Below are positions 14,501 to 27,712 of a stretch of 64,000 bases of DNA, piece by piece. Each line of letters opens with the position of its first letter. The stretch's first letter is position 1. The position numbers and the translations under genes are program-made. This DNA comes from Phoronis australis (lineage: Eukaryota; Animalia; Phoronida): NCBI GenBank assembly GCA_002633005.1, contig NMRA01000122.1, forward strand, positions 467,312 through 531,311, read 5' to 3'. The notes beneath the pieces were generated by a model. It ran no database searches, was not told the origin of the DNA, and worked only from the letters and a program-made list of their open reading frames with translations.

Positions 14501-15877
14501 TTTTTTCATGGATCAAAGGCTTCTAATGTAGAGAATGATCACCACATGGTACTTGAAACTTTGTTTTTTGATAGCTGTGGTAAATTTTAAAAATGATAAA
14601 GCAATTAGCTGGCGCTACTTTTCCATGTTAAGAAATTTAATTTCACTTATCGGCCACATTATGCCCAAATTCGTTAGATTTAACATGCAACTTAAACCTG
14701 GACAACTAGCACCAACATAAACATGCAAAATGATGGTCCATGTCCCAATGATTTTCTAAGGTCCTACATACTCTTAATAGTTAAAACAATATAAAATGGT
14801 GGTTGATATGCGTCAGTCTTTGGTCTGATGAAGCTAAAACTTGAGGCCCTACAAATCATTTTGTACAGAGCAATAGCTCACTTACTAAAAGTATTAAAGG
14901 TATTCTGTAAACAATAGGATTGATCTTCTCTTCTCAAGCAACAACTTTGTTCCATCACTTCATACACAGCAACAAGAATAGGAAACTATCTTGAAACAAA
15001 GGTTAGAAATAAACACTGTCTGTTTGTATATCCTAGTGTCGCCATAGAAATGCATTAATTACTGTTGCTAAGACAATAGATAGCCACACTGAACTAGCAG
15101 AGTTCGCATCACCACAGCGCAGTAGCTGCGCCAATCAATTAATATTCATAATTTATCAGATTTCCAATATTTCTACGACAGTCGTGAAACCAACGCGTAC
15201 AAACACAGTCGCTACACGAAGTCAGCGGTCCAGGATTACTTCAGCTAAAACCATGGATATAATGTTCATTTTCAAAATGGGTATGTACTATTTGAAATGG
15301 CTGGCTAGCAAATTAAAATGATGAGTAACATTTGAAATGTCAGTTTTTATTTGTTTCATTTCGATGAAGCTTAATATCCTTAGATGCACAGTTACGACCC
15401 ATTATATTTACAGCATAAGTAAACATACCATGAAATGTAATGTTCAAAAACATGATTGATAATGCTGAAACATTATTAAACTCAATTGCTTTTTGTACAT
15501 CTTTGACATTAACTGGCATCTGGTAAAACTCGATTTCCCCAAGGACGTATAAATAAGATGTAGCCTTTGATGGCGCAGGCGTCTCCAATTTCACTCGTTC
15601 GCAGCCGACTGGCTTTGAATACAATAAGATAAGGCATTACTAGCAGTTTTTACTAATTAGGCCAGTTAATATGTCATGGAAAAATCTGATTAAAGATTGT
15701 GGAGGTCGTTAATCATAAACTATGGCTAACATTAGAGCACGCTTGATTGCACACGTTAAATAGTTACTATGGTTACGAGTCACCGAGGTAGTGATTAGCA
15801 AACCACGGAAACACAATTGAATTTAATAGCATTACCCATACTTCTAACACATATGCAGATGAGGCCATGTGCAATAC

Positions 15878-16122
15878 CAGGGTACCAAAGAATCATATGA
15901 ACGAGCCTCCGAATCATACGCACCGAATGATAAAGTGTTCGTGTGTGTGATTCAATGCTCGTCTGTATGATTTTGTGGTTTGTAAACATGATTTTTGTTT
16001 GAATGCATGATTCATGGGTTCGTATGCATGATTCATGGGTTCGTAAGCATGCTTCATAGGTTTGTAGGTGGTTCTTTTGTAAAAAATGCGATGCTCGTGT
16101 GTATGATTCTATGGTACCCCTG
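15878..16122. mobile_element. MITE with ~27-bp TIRs and internal 21-bp subrepeats
   Basis: GGGTACCAAAGAATCATATGAACGAGC vs reverse complement of right end GGGTACCATAGAATCATACACACGAGC. Internal GATTCATGGGTTCGTATGCAT repeats. Confidence 0.75.
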
Positions 16123-17830
16123 ATTACATTTAAGACAGGCAAGTTTTGCTGCATGTTATGAAGAAAAGGGCTGAAATCACGCCCTCCATCTTGATTCAGG
16201 AATTATGAACAGTTGATGTTTCACACCTTGGTTTGGTTGTGCAAGCGTAAGTGACCTGCAGACTCAGTGATGTCACGTTAATTGCGAGTTTAGACAGTTT
16301 CCTATGTATCAGCACAACACCGAATGGAACAGTTTGAGGAGCCAAAACTGATAATGAGCATTGGTTTTGTTGAATCACTGGTAACTGGCACAGAGTGTTT
16401 GGAAATGACAAAACGTCAAACACATGCAATGTGTGCACCCATGATGTACAGTTATAATGGAACTCAATGGTAACTGCAGTTGTTTAGTAGCATCAAGCAC
16501 AGGATGGCATATCAGGGCTAAACATAGGAGTGAGTACACAATCAAAAATACCAGAAGAAAAGTAAAATACGAGTAGAAAATTGACCTCACTAGTTTTTTT
16601 TGGTTGTCACAAGTGCAAATCTGGAAATACAAGCAAAACACGAGTGCAGAATATGCCGTCACTATGATTCAAGATGATTCAAGAGGGCATTTTCGCTTGA
16701 GTCGAGTGCACTGGTTTAAAAAGTAAATGTATAACGCATGCAGGAATGAGCCTTAAAAACAGCAAGTTTATTGTCCATATTATTACCATTATTTGTGAGG
16801 TGATACCAATTGAAAGTTTAGGACTACTTCATATAACCACAGATCGCTTCAATTATTCCTGTTAGCCAACAACTAACGCATTAAGTATAAAGAATAGTTT
16901 AATAACCTACATTGTCTTGAATGATATTAGATGCCAAATAGTCCTAATTGAAAATGGTATTATGTTACAACAGAATCAATTATACAAAAGAGCTAGAGTG
17001 GTCAACGTGTTCTCGGTGGATGGGACTCGGTGTTATTAAATTGAGCTGTCATATAATTCTCTACAAAAACCATATTGATTTCACAGGTTGCGAGTCACCA
17101 ATTCTCAATAAAACCGTAATTATGTGGAAAGACGAGGTAGAATAACAGAGCTGCAAACACCCAACCGTCAGTTCTTATTGGTTGACAATAGTTCAAAGCC
17201 AGCAATTTCCAATGCCATCACTGGTGCAGCCTAATAGTTTTCCATTGTAGCGCCACGCGCAGGATTAATTTCCTGATTAGGAGCCCGTAATTACCCAGTT
17301 CCACTTGAGGCCATTTACATATATGGGTTTCACTGAAAGATCCATGTTTAGTCAGGCGGATTAATATGTTAGTCTATTATTGATTGAACTATCTCATCCA
17401 TCATAGTTCCCTTGCATTCATTGTACAAATACTGAATGAAAAGGAAAATGTTGCGCAATGAAAACATCAAGTTTTCTAATTGTTTGACAAATGTTCGTAC
17501 AGATACGAGCAGGCACGTCATCTGTAATATGAATTAAAATCAATGTTAGTAAATATTTGTCCATTCTTACTCTACATTCACCACGATCATAAGCTGCCGA
17601 GTGGTGAACTCCAAATAACAAGGATATCCTGCAGAAAAAGAATTCAACTGAATAACTGAATGAATGCAGGCATGGTTGACTTTGTCAAACTCTTTCTAAT
17701 AATCAATAAAAATAGCATCAAGAAAACTATCAAGTTTCACAGAGGAAATTACATGGCCTATTTTGAACAAAAAATGGTCTTGATGCAAATATAATATATT
17801 CTTTGACTGGAGATTACTTGACATTACTGT

Positions 17831-18038
17831 AGGCTGCAGGCTGTGTCTAAAGTGAAGCCATATAAGGTAAGTCGAATATAACGTGCACGCATTTTGAGAA
17901 CCAGTTCTCTTACACGCATTTTGAGAACCAGTTCTATCCACTGAACAGGCAACAAACTGATTCTCAAAATATGGGTATGTTATACCCGACTATTGCCTCA
18001 TAGGTAAGGATTTTGGAGGCTGGAGGCTGTGTCTAAAG
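17831..18038. repeat. Inverted-repeat cassette bracketed by 22-bp direct repeats
   Basis: AGGCTG(C/G)AGGCTGTGTCTAAAG at 17831 and 18017. Inner IR AGTCGAATATAAC..CATTTTGAGAACCAGTT / AACTGATTCTCAAAATATG..GTTATACCCGACT. Confidence 0.65.
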
Positions 18039-18101
18039 CTGTTTTTACACAAAGGTCAGAGGTCACAGCCTGTTGTCACAGTGCAACTTGCTTCACATTA
18101 G

Positions 18102-18375
18102 TAGCATTTACACTGCATTAGATCACAAATTGGATCTGCATGAGTCATTTACACCAAGACTGTCTATTGTGCAAGCAAAACAAAGATGATCTTTTCTGCC
18201 TTGCCCGAGTTTGTGTTAAAACATGTAGTTTAAACTAGATCCAGTGCAACTTGTTTTACCTCTCAAACTGGTGGCAAAATGGACGCCGCAGTGTCAATTT
18301 GCTCCGTGTTTACGCGCAGACACTTGCGCTCGATCAGCTGTTCCGCGACAACTGCGTCTATCATAAACACCGCTT
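18102..18375 (+). mobile_element. Third, more decayed copy of the GCTGCATTTACAC Harbinger-like MITE
   Basis: GCATTTACAC start. GAGTCATTTACACCAAGACTGTCT, AAAGATGATC and TACCTCTCAAA are colinear with 27713-28085. Confidence 0.7.
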
Positions 18376-18793
18376 AAATGGAAGCCACTTGCAACTTTCC
18401 ATGATTGCACTCAGGGGCTAGAAGCTGCCTCTATATGAAACCTCCATCAACTTGGCATGATTGCAGCCTACTGTTCTAAAGTGGGGCCCTATGTCAGCTT
18501 GTTTCACATGGTGTTACTACAGCCCATACGCATACATACACGCACGCGCACACACCTTTATGTCTCTAATCCAGGACTGCAGCTAGTGGCAGGTTAAATT
18601 AATGTAAGCTCATATGTTACATTCAGCAAGCCCAAGTGATTTTCAAGTGATCAGTTCGCTGACATCAGATACTAATGTTGCGATAAGCACTCATAGCTAG
18701 ACCCTTGGTTTAACGCTGAAGTCTAACAACTACCATACATAAAAATGCCCATTCCAATCTGAGTCCGAGAGGTAATCTAGACTGAACAATATA

Positions 18794-19832
18794 CAGTGCA
18801 TTAAACAAAACTGAAAGAACTTTTCCAAGTCGGTATCACTGAAACTACCTTTTAGGAATTGAAAAAAGTTCCAATGAGCAAAAAGTATTTTTAAGAAATC
18901 TTCTAACCACGCTTACTTGATACAATAGTCAATATTAGCATTTTCCATACAATGTTATATGTACATATAAGTAGACCTAAAGAAATGTTTTTGGTGCCAA
19001 ATGGGACTTTCCTCTTTTCAAACGGAATTTTAAGAACTTGAACTGTTATTCAACAGCCTAAAACTGTACACGCTTACATTGCATTGAAGATTGAATTTCA
19101 TTCCTCCCTGAGTGACCATTCACTATCAACTTCATTGCACCTGTATTCAAACAACCAATCAGCGAATTCGAAAATTTTTTTGACACATCAAACCTTCTTC
19201 TTAACTCTTCTTTAAAACTTAGAAAAATTCATTTCCAGGCAAAACACCTTTAAACCAATCTTATCAATCTTACCTTGAAAGCCAGAATGATTGAACATTA
19301 TCACGACATCCTGCTTTCACTAAACTAAAACTCAGAGTGAAGTTTTGCCTTGGATAAGTTGTCAAAGCGAAATGCTGCACGTCATTTTCGAACGCACGCG
19401 CTCCGAAACTTTTGTGAATTGTAATCTCTGTTCATCTGTGCTGCAAGACTGTCCCTATTGGTTGATGTCGTGCGTAAAGTTATAATACACACAGGCATGA
19501 AATTCTGAGCTCGTTCAAGCTGTCTCAAGAATGAGCAAGATGTTGTGTGGGGAATTATTGATATAAAAATTGTTGATCTGTTTGAAAAAATACAGATTTT
19601 ATCTAACCTTGTTCACATTTGAAAGCTTACAAAGCCTTTCTTTACTCAAAGTTGTGATGGACTGAGTTATCCTAAAGGGCCGAGTTGATGCATACCTAAT
19701 CTTGAGACAATGTACGATTTTAGTTCTAGCTTAACAGAGAAATTTAGCCAATGAACGAGTGACTTAATTAGGAACGATTCTTAGTTAGAAGCGTGCAAAC
19801 TCAATGAATTAAGATGTATTTTGAATACACTG
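18794..19832. mobile_element. Possible decayed Tc1-like non-autonomous element
   Basis: TA|CAGTGCATTAAA at left and TTTGAATACACTG at right (weak TIR; right-hand TA missing). Confidence 0.3.
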
Positions 19833-20049
19833 AGGAGGAGATGCGATGGAGACAATTGCCAAGATATAAGTGCTTATCCATGTAGCCTTGGAGTTTGACA
19901 GGATAGCCTAAGTATTTTAATTTATTCAAAAATAAGGAAAACCCGCCAAAAACATTGCAAAAGCTGTATATGCTAATGTACATGATAACGTGGAATGAGC
20001 ATGCTTTCAACAGATTTATCAAGATCTCTTGACATCTACACCTAAACTA

Positions 20050-20212
20050 AAGGGCCTTTCACATAGTTGATTAGTAGTACAGTGGACTAAGGTTCTTTAT
20101 TGACCACAAACACTCTGAAAGGTGATTTAAACTTAGTACGATACTAAAATTAGTGCGCCCAACAAGACTGAACTAACGAGCGTAACAAAGTTAGTTACGT
20201 ATGTGAAATGCG
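20050..20212. mobile_element. Small Harbinger-like MITE remnant
   Basis: AGGGCCTTTCACATA ... TATGTGAAATGC imperfect TIR. Confidence 0.45.
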
Positions 20213-20400
20213 AAAGGTTTGGTCCGCAGTACTTTGCTTGACCGTCCTAAATTATTTTCCCTACATCGCACTAGATAGTGACCACCATCTGTAGCTGTCC
20301 CAAATTGAGAGGTGAAGCTTTTCGGACAATTTTTCCTCACAATGATTGGAACAACAAGTAGAGTTGTTATTACTACTTTTTACACAGAGGGTCACCGTAG

Positions 20401-20680
20401 GAGGCCGTCGATGTCTTTAATACCTTCCAACTCCAACAAATACTCTTGTAAACTAACTTTTTCTTCGAGCAGCCCTTCGTTCAGTTGCCCAATTCGGCAA
20501 CAGGCCAATTTTTAACACTGAGCGCGCACTCCTGGCGGGCGCCGTCAAAACTGGAGCCCGCACAGTGTAAAAATGACCAGTTGCCGACCTGGGCAACTGG
20601 ATGAAGGACTGCTCGAAGAAAAAGTTTGTTTACAGGAGCATTTGTAAGAGTTGGAAGGAATTAAAGACATCGATGGCCTC
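20401..20680. mobile_element. Foldback (near-fully palindromic) MITE with GAG...CTC ends, MuDR/Sola-like
   Basis: ~125-bp arms, GAGGCCGTCGATGTCTTTAATACCTTCCAACTC... vs ...GAGTTGGAAGGAATTAAAGACATCGATGGCCTC. AGGGTC-containing degenerate direct repeat on both flanks. Confidence 0.9.
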
Positions 20681-22474
20681 AGGGTCCATAACTATAATGT
20701 GACTTGATGTTTGAGGCATATTGGCCGAATAGCATACCATAGGAGCTTGCCGTCTCTACTGAGGTCAGCAAGAGATGAAGGAGCTCACAGTATCTACTGA
20801 AGCCAGCATGAGGCGATTGTCACTCTCTAATATCATGAGTGTGGTGGAGTTCTTCCAGCCATTTCGAGTACTCGGTTGCAGTCTGTCAAGTCACTGTTCA
20901 CTGTACAGTTTTAAACTTAAACATGTCTCAAAATATGAACAGAAGTGGCGACTGGTGGTTGGATATGTACTGTGGTACAGCGTAGACATATCTTGTGTAT
21001 AGTAGGATAAAGCTTAAAAAGTTAGGACTGTGGAATGTTTAGTACGGTCAAGTGAGAAAGGTGACACATTTGGTACAGTAGATTAACACACTGATCTACA
21101 ATATGTTCTGGCTTCGAACTAGTCTGGACTAACTCTAGTGCAAAAGCAGCTCAATGCACTTTAGCAGTTAGGTACAAGTACTCGCGTTCTCTTGTTTAGC
21201 TTAAGTAGTGACTATAAGGGGGTATTCAAATTATTACCTTCAATAGCTCCAGGGCATGACGTGATGTGATTATTAACAATGGCAGTCAGGTTGCCATGGC
21301 AGCCAAAAATTACCTTTCTTATGACAACATGGGTACCAGCAGGTATGAAACCGGGGAGTGTGTTCAAAGAATAGTACTAAGACCAGGTAACATAGGGGAG
21401 GAAAGATAGCCATGGTAACAACTGAGATGGAATATTGCAAGCTGTTCAATGCTAATTTAAAAGTAATAAGATATGTTAATGCGAGTGCAGGTGTCTGCAG
21501 TAGTTGAACATTATTTTGATGAGGGTGTGCAGATCTAAAATTAACATACCCATCCTTTTATTAGAGAGTTGACAAGGTCAGAACAGATGAAAGCTAAAGA
21601 GATAGCATACTCCTCTGATTAAAACATAACCGATATCACATCACTACTGCCACTGCCCAAGTCATATTACCATACAATTCTTTGTGTAATGTATCACTTT
21701 ATTTCCACATTTAAATCAACTATGTACTTGACAACAAAAAAAGCTGAGGTTAATTATCTATGAAGCTCCTTAGAAATAGGTACATCAATATCAATCAACC
21801 GCCTAATTGCTAAGCTGCCTAAATCCAGAAAAATGAAACTTTAAAATATTTATAACTAAAAGAGACCAGTGACCTTTATTCTAATTTGTTAACTATGAAT
21901 AAATGATGAAACCGGATCAGACGAGAGTGCGCAGACACAAAGGTAACTTATTGCACAATTACAAGACACGTGTCATATAACAGCATAAAACTCTGACAGA
22001 ATTGTGCAGGTTATTCACTTCTACTGATTGGTCTAGCCTCATGTAATTTATCACCAAGAAGAGATCACACATTTCAAGTACAATATGTATTCTAAAAATC
22101 TTTCCTAAATATCCTTGCCTTGTTATAGATGGCTTCCTGTCATATTACGCTTTCATTTCCCTGCGCATTTCCAGGATGAAAGTTTCATTTATTTCCGAGA
22201 TGCAAGTTTCATTTTTCATGCATTTCCAATTCCAAAATGTAAGTTTCAATTTCCAAAACCCTGGGCTTCACCACAAAGAGGAATGGCTTACTTAAAGTTT
22301 CAGTTTATGACAGTTGCCAAGCACAAGTAAATACATCATTTTTTTATTTACTTCATTCCATTTTCCACAAGTGTTGAAATTCCATTGTTCACAAGTGTCC
22401 ATGCAAGGAAATCAGTTTGTCTTGTTCCCCAGGCTTTCCATGTTTCATGTGAACTATGTTATAGTTATGCAATA

Positions 22475-22660
22475 CAAGTTGGGACTTGGAGGCGGATAGC
22501 CTACAAGTTGGGACTCATTAGCTAGGTAAACTACACGTGGGGACTCAGTGGCTGGTAACCAAGTAGAGACTCGGTGGCCAGTAACCTACAAGTGGGGACT
22601 CGGTGGCCGGTAACCTACAAGCCGGGGACTCGGTGGACGGTAACCTACACATGGAGACTT
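22475..22660. repeat. Minisatellite, 27-29-bp unit (ACCTACAAGTGGGGACTCGGTGGCCGGTA), left part
   Basis: Same unit as 24160-24700. Confidence 0.9.
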
Positions 22661-22661
22661 G

Positions 22662-24159
22662 CATGTCGTGAACACATCCACTAAAACAAGAAACTGTAGG
22701 AACACCACATTTATCCACCTTCACTCTTATCAGGCTTCTATTGTGAGTCAGCATGCGTGAATAATTGGCTGATAAGCCACCTCTGGAACTACTTTTGGCT
22801 GAATGGATGACCAGGCCATAAAATGATAATTAGCCAAGACCAGTTACTATAATGCAACAAAGAATAATGTCTTGCATCACCTAGCCTTGGTGGAAAGCTG
22901 TATACTGTATTGGCTCAAACAAACGCTTAGAAAAANNNNNNNNNNNNNNNNNNNNNNNNNNNNNNNNNNNNNNNNNNNNNNNNNNNNNNNNNNNNNNNNN
23001 NNNNNNNNNNNNNNNNNNNNNNNNNNNNNNNNNNNNNNNNNNNNNNNNNNNNNNNNNNNNNNNNNNNNNNNNNNNNNNNNNNNNNNNNNNNNNNNNNNNN
23101 NNNNNNNNNNNNNNNNNNNNNNNNNNNNNNNNNNNNNNNNNNNNNNNNNNNNNNNNNNNNNNNNNNNNNNNNNNNNNNNNNNNNNNNNNNNNNNNNNNNN
23201 NNNNNNNNNNNNNNNNNNNNNNNNNNNNNNNNNNNNNNNNNNNNNNNNNNNNNNNNNNNNNNNNNNNNNNNNNNNNNNNNNNNNNNNNNNNNNNNNNNNN
23301 NNNNNNNNNNNNNNNNNNNNNNNNNNNNNNNNNNNNNNNNNNNNNNNNNNNNNNNNNNNNNNNNNNNNNNNNNNNNNNNNNNNNNNNNNNNNNNNNNNNN
23401 NNNNNNNNNNNNNNNNNNNNNNNNNNNNNNNNNNNNNNNNNNNNNNNNNNNNNNNNNNNNNNNNNNNNNNNNNNNNNNNNNNNNNNNNNNNNNNNNNNNN
23501 NNNNNNNNNNNNNNNNNNNNNNNNNNNNNNNNNNNNNNNNNNNNNNNNNNNNNNNNNNNNNNNNNNNNNNNNNNNNNNNNNNNNNNNNNNNNNNNNNNNN
23601 NNNNNNNNNNNNNNNNNNNNNNNNNNNNNNNNNNNNNNNNNNNNNNNNNNNNNNNNNNNNNNNNNNNNNNNNNNNNNNNNNNNNNNNNNNNNNNNNNNNN
23701 NNNGTATTTTGAATATTGCAATGCATGTGTTCCAAAATCTAAATAACTTGGGTCCTATATTTTTGTATTAGTGCGCGCCGAATGAAAGTAATCGTGAGTG
23801 TTGCTGTGTTGCAAAATCTCTTATCCTGGGCCGATTTGAAAAATTCAAAGTTGTACTCATATTTGTTTTCGCTCCTCTTTTCAAATATTACAGTAAAAAC
23901 TATGTAAAACTCTCTCCATAAAAAGTACAGTCTGCTAGCTAGGTTGTAATCAGCTGATCATATCCGCATGAGCGAAGCCAATTATCCTGGCTCGTGACTC
24001 GATGACTAGAGCAGCTTGGCGGCATCCCTTTGATCGTGAGCCGAGTGCGACTCAGCCAAGGTGGATAAATACGGTCTACTTCAATTTTCCATACCCCGCC
24101 GTTTACCTTAACCACTGGGGTTAGGACCAATCTTATTTAGTGGGAATGTTCATAGCATG
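22662..24159. mobile_element. TIR element with CATG termini inserted in the minisatellite; interior includes the assembly gap
   Basis: CATGTCGTGAACACATCCACTAAAACAAG vs reverse complement of right end CATGCTATGAACATTCCCACTAAATAAG. Further mirrored ATTTATCCACCTT and ATAATTGGCT blocks. The flanks rejoin as minisatellite GAGACT.G|GGTGGATG. Confidence 0.7.
22936..23703. other. Assembly gap (768 N)
   Basis: Run of N; the three long X-filled ORFs are artefacts. Confidence 1.
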
Positions 24160-24700
24160 GGTGGATGGTAACATAAAAGAGGGGACTCAGTGGCTGGTAA
24201 CCTACATGTGGGGACTAAGTAGCCGGTAACCCACATGTGGGGACTCAGGGGCCGTTAACCTACACATGGAGACTCGGTGGATGATAACGTACAAGAGGGA
24301 ACTCAGTAGCTGGTAACCTACAAGTGGGCCGGCCGGACTCGGTGGCCAGTAACCTACAAGTGGAGACTCGGTGGCCGGTAACCTACAAGTGGAGACTCGG
24401 TGGATGATAACGTACAAGAGGGGACACAGTGGCTTGTGACCTACAAGTGGGGACTCGGTGGCTGGTAACCTACAAGTTTGACTCAGTGGCCGGTAACCTA
24501 CAAGTTTGACTCAGTGGCCGGTAACCTACAAGTTTGACTCAGTGGCCGGTAACCTACAAGTTTGACTCAGTGGCCGGCAACCTACAAGTTTGACTCAGTG
24601 GCCGGTATTACCTACAAGTTTGACTCAGTGGCCGGTAACCTACAAGTTTGACTCAGTGGCCGGTAACCTACAAGAAGGGACTCAGTGGCAGGTAATTTAC
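24160..24700. repeat. Minisatellite, 27-29-bp unit, right part; homogeneous 27-bp variant at ~24470-24670
   Basis: ACCTACAAGTTTGACTCAGTGGCCGGTA-type repeats. Confidence 0.97.
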
Positions 24701-26164
24701 AAGGTACAGAAGAGTCAGGTCGTGTGGCTGATATCTCATGATGAGCTATTGGCACCCAGATCCCCATCTGAATCCCTCAATGCTCTTCATTTCTTCATTA
24801 AAGAACACCTTTAGAATGAGGAAGAACAAAACAACAAAACCAAAGCTCGATCAATTGCCAGCTTTCAGTCACAGAATATCCTTCATTTTCCCATTTTATT
24901 AATGCCTCTCTCGGATATGGAAGGTAGATCTGATGTCTGATTTGTGGTCAAAAAATAAAATGGCTGATCACGGCATTTGACAAGCATTCCAGTGTGAAAC
25001 ATTTTCAGATGACGAAACAGATGTCCGATCCGTCTTCTGGTTGGATGGCAGAGAGCAATAAGCTTAACAGGAGGTATATCAAAATCAGGATTGTTACTAA
25101 CATTACATACATTCAGGCAGAAGATACTACAAATATAGCGTCTAACATGACAAATAATTCTGGTGAACTGTTAAAAACTGCTCAAATGTGGAAAGTCTCT
25201 ACAGTTTCAAAATTATGTTAGAATAAAAATTTTCCTGATGGAAAAGACAAGGTTTTCACAGCAGTAATCGTTATCTTAACGGGCACAACGACACCAGATT
25301 TTTTATTTCCCCTAATCCATCACGGAAAATTTCCATTAAAAATTTGCATAATAACTCAATTCCTGCGGGAACGACGGTACATATAGACACGGCTGTAACC
25401 AGCGGCCCTTCTGTCGCACAATGTCACAAAATCAATAATATGAACACAAAATTAAAACAGGCAGACTTGAAAACATTGTCAACCTTCTAAAATTTCAAAC
25501 GCCCAGAGCTAGAAAGATAACAGCCTAAATGTCATTCATGATTAAAACGAGAGCTTGTCGGAATTAAAAAAACATGGAAATGCACTTACTAATATTAGGT
25601 TATGCATATTAATGGACATCACTATGTGAAATTTCACTAACTAATGATGAGCTAATTAAAAGAATTCTCAACGTTTCCTGATCTCAGATTAAACTTCAAG
25701 AAAACCCATTTCATCATTAAACTTAAGACATCTGCCACAGTGAACTTGTGAGAGTCATTTCATCATCACTCCTGGACCACTAGAAATAACAAACCAGGCA
25801 GATCCCAGTAGACATCAATGTTGTCTCCCTGGCTTATTATGCATCATGTTAGAAGGATATCAACATAAGAATAGGACAGCTGGAATTATCTTGACCTGCT
25901 TGATGGTTAGCAAATAAAAATTCTTTCCTTTCTAGGTTATAGGGTTCAAAATAATGATCACTAAGATAATAATTTCCAACTAGATTTTTTAAGTTCGATC
26001 TGGAAAATTGCACCGGTTGGCATAATTCGACCTGAAATCGAATTCGGTCGACCTCAGACTTTTCGAGCAATATTTGACCTGGAAAATACATAAGGATGAC
26101 CATAATGAAATAGGGAGAACTCTCGAGATTGTAAGTTTGTGGCTTACTGTATCATTCAAAACAA

Positions 26165-26671
26165 CAGGGCTTGGAATGACCAATGACAAAAAACGCGGAA
26201 ATTTTGAAACTTTTACGGCCCAAATCATGCCCGATAACCAGCCTTGAAATGGTCAATGTGAACCTTTCCCCGACAAAAATCGGGAGGATTAAAAAAAAAA
26301 ACGTTACCACCATCAGTAGCATGCGTCTGCGTCCTTTTAGCTCGCCCGTCCACTCCCAACCCACACATTTTTGGCTGCAGAGCGGTGGTATTTGTCGCCG
26401 CGCTTAACAATAACACGAGACGCCATTGAAAATTACACCACGCTGTCCCAGGTGCCCCGGCAATGTTGACAATTTACGTTCCTCCGAAACATAAAGAGCA
26501 ACTTCCGCTTTTGGAGGTGAACGTCGTCTGCAACGCCGCGGTAGGAAAGGAATTTGCCGCGGAAATTTTATATCAAATCCGATTTTTTTACGCGGAAATA
26601 TTATGAAAAAAGCGGAAAGCACATTTGAAAAAAGCGGAAATCCGCGTTTCCGCGGAAAATTCCAAGCCCTG
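26165..26671. mobile_element. hAT-like MITE with 6-bp TSD (hAT6-like)
   Basis: 13-bp perfect TIR CAGGGCTTGGAAT/ATTCCAAGCCCTG. AAACAA immediately on both sides. Repeated GCGGAAA subterminal motifs. Confidence 0.88.
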
Positions 26672-26854
26672 AAACAATCACATGAATGCAGTTTCAGACG
26701 AAAACTAGATGGAAATTGAAAATAGTACTCCCAGCTGTAACATTTTAGATACTGTTTATCAAATCAGATCAAAACAATATAATTTCTGTAACAAAACCAT
26801 AAGTCCAAGGAAAAGCCTTGAATCACTGGAGTCAAGTGTGACCCCAAGTCAAAA

Positions 26855-27198
26855 GAGTATCACTATTTTGAAAACTTAAGGAGGACTTCAGGTAATTTGT
26901 TGAGTCGAAACTATATTTTTACTCAAGAATTTAAGTTGACCTATCGGCGATCGCGAGGCAGTGACGCATCAGTCGGCGAGTTTGGGATTTTCTGAAAAAT
27001 GCTCGTAATTTAACAACAGTTTGATAGCAATGAACTGCAATTTTGTAGAAACTCTGTCATAGGTTACAGATGCATCACAGAGCGCAAATTTGGTGAATTC
27101 TTTCTTACAATTTCACCTGTTTCGGAGATCGGGTTTCAACCACTTCCTAAACTGAATTTTTCTAAGCGCCCTGGGTGCTTATTAGGGCGAATACGGTA
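26855..27198 (-). mobile_element. Truncated copy of the CCGTA-ended pogo-like element; shows the empty Kolobok target site
   Basis: Reverse complement aligns to 43591-43929 and continues (CCTCCTTAAGTTTTCAAAATAG) into 49013 onward. Terminus GGGTGCTTATTAGGGCGAATACGG|TA. Confidence 0.88.
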
Positions 27199-27712
27199 AT
27201 TCAAGTGGTTTGTTGATTTCAAGGATGGCCCTGCCAAGAATTGTAGGTTGACTCTTGGCTTACCTCAAAACCCAACTGCTGCCTGGTGGTTTGGTAATTG
27301 GCCCAATTATGTTGCACACCTAGCAGAATTAATGAAGAACATATTGTTGTAACATTAAACAAAACACTTTAGGTTGTAAAATTTGCAAAATACAACTGTT
27401 GCTCCTACAGTGTTTAGGATGGTCTCATTATCTAGAGAATGATGACATCAGCAACCTGAGGTGATATAATTAACCACAACAGCATGCCGTCTTTGATCTA
27501 AACTGGCAGATTCTGTAGTGTGCAAACCCGTACGTGTCAACGTAGGATTCTTTTCATGGCCCTGAAAGAGATTTCGAAGAGAGAAAACACAAGAATAGGG
27601 AAAACCCCACAGTAGATCCAAGTGGTGTTCACTGACTTACAAAAGCCATTTTTACATGAGAGACAGGTGTCACTGTGCCGTCAGTTATCACGGTGTGACT
27701 TGTTCCACTTAA

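Noticed and set aside
22872-23771. Three long ORFs of 264-299 aa
   Set aside because: Artefacts of the N gap.
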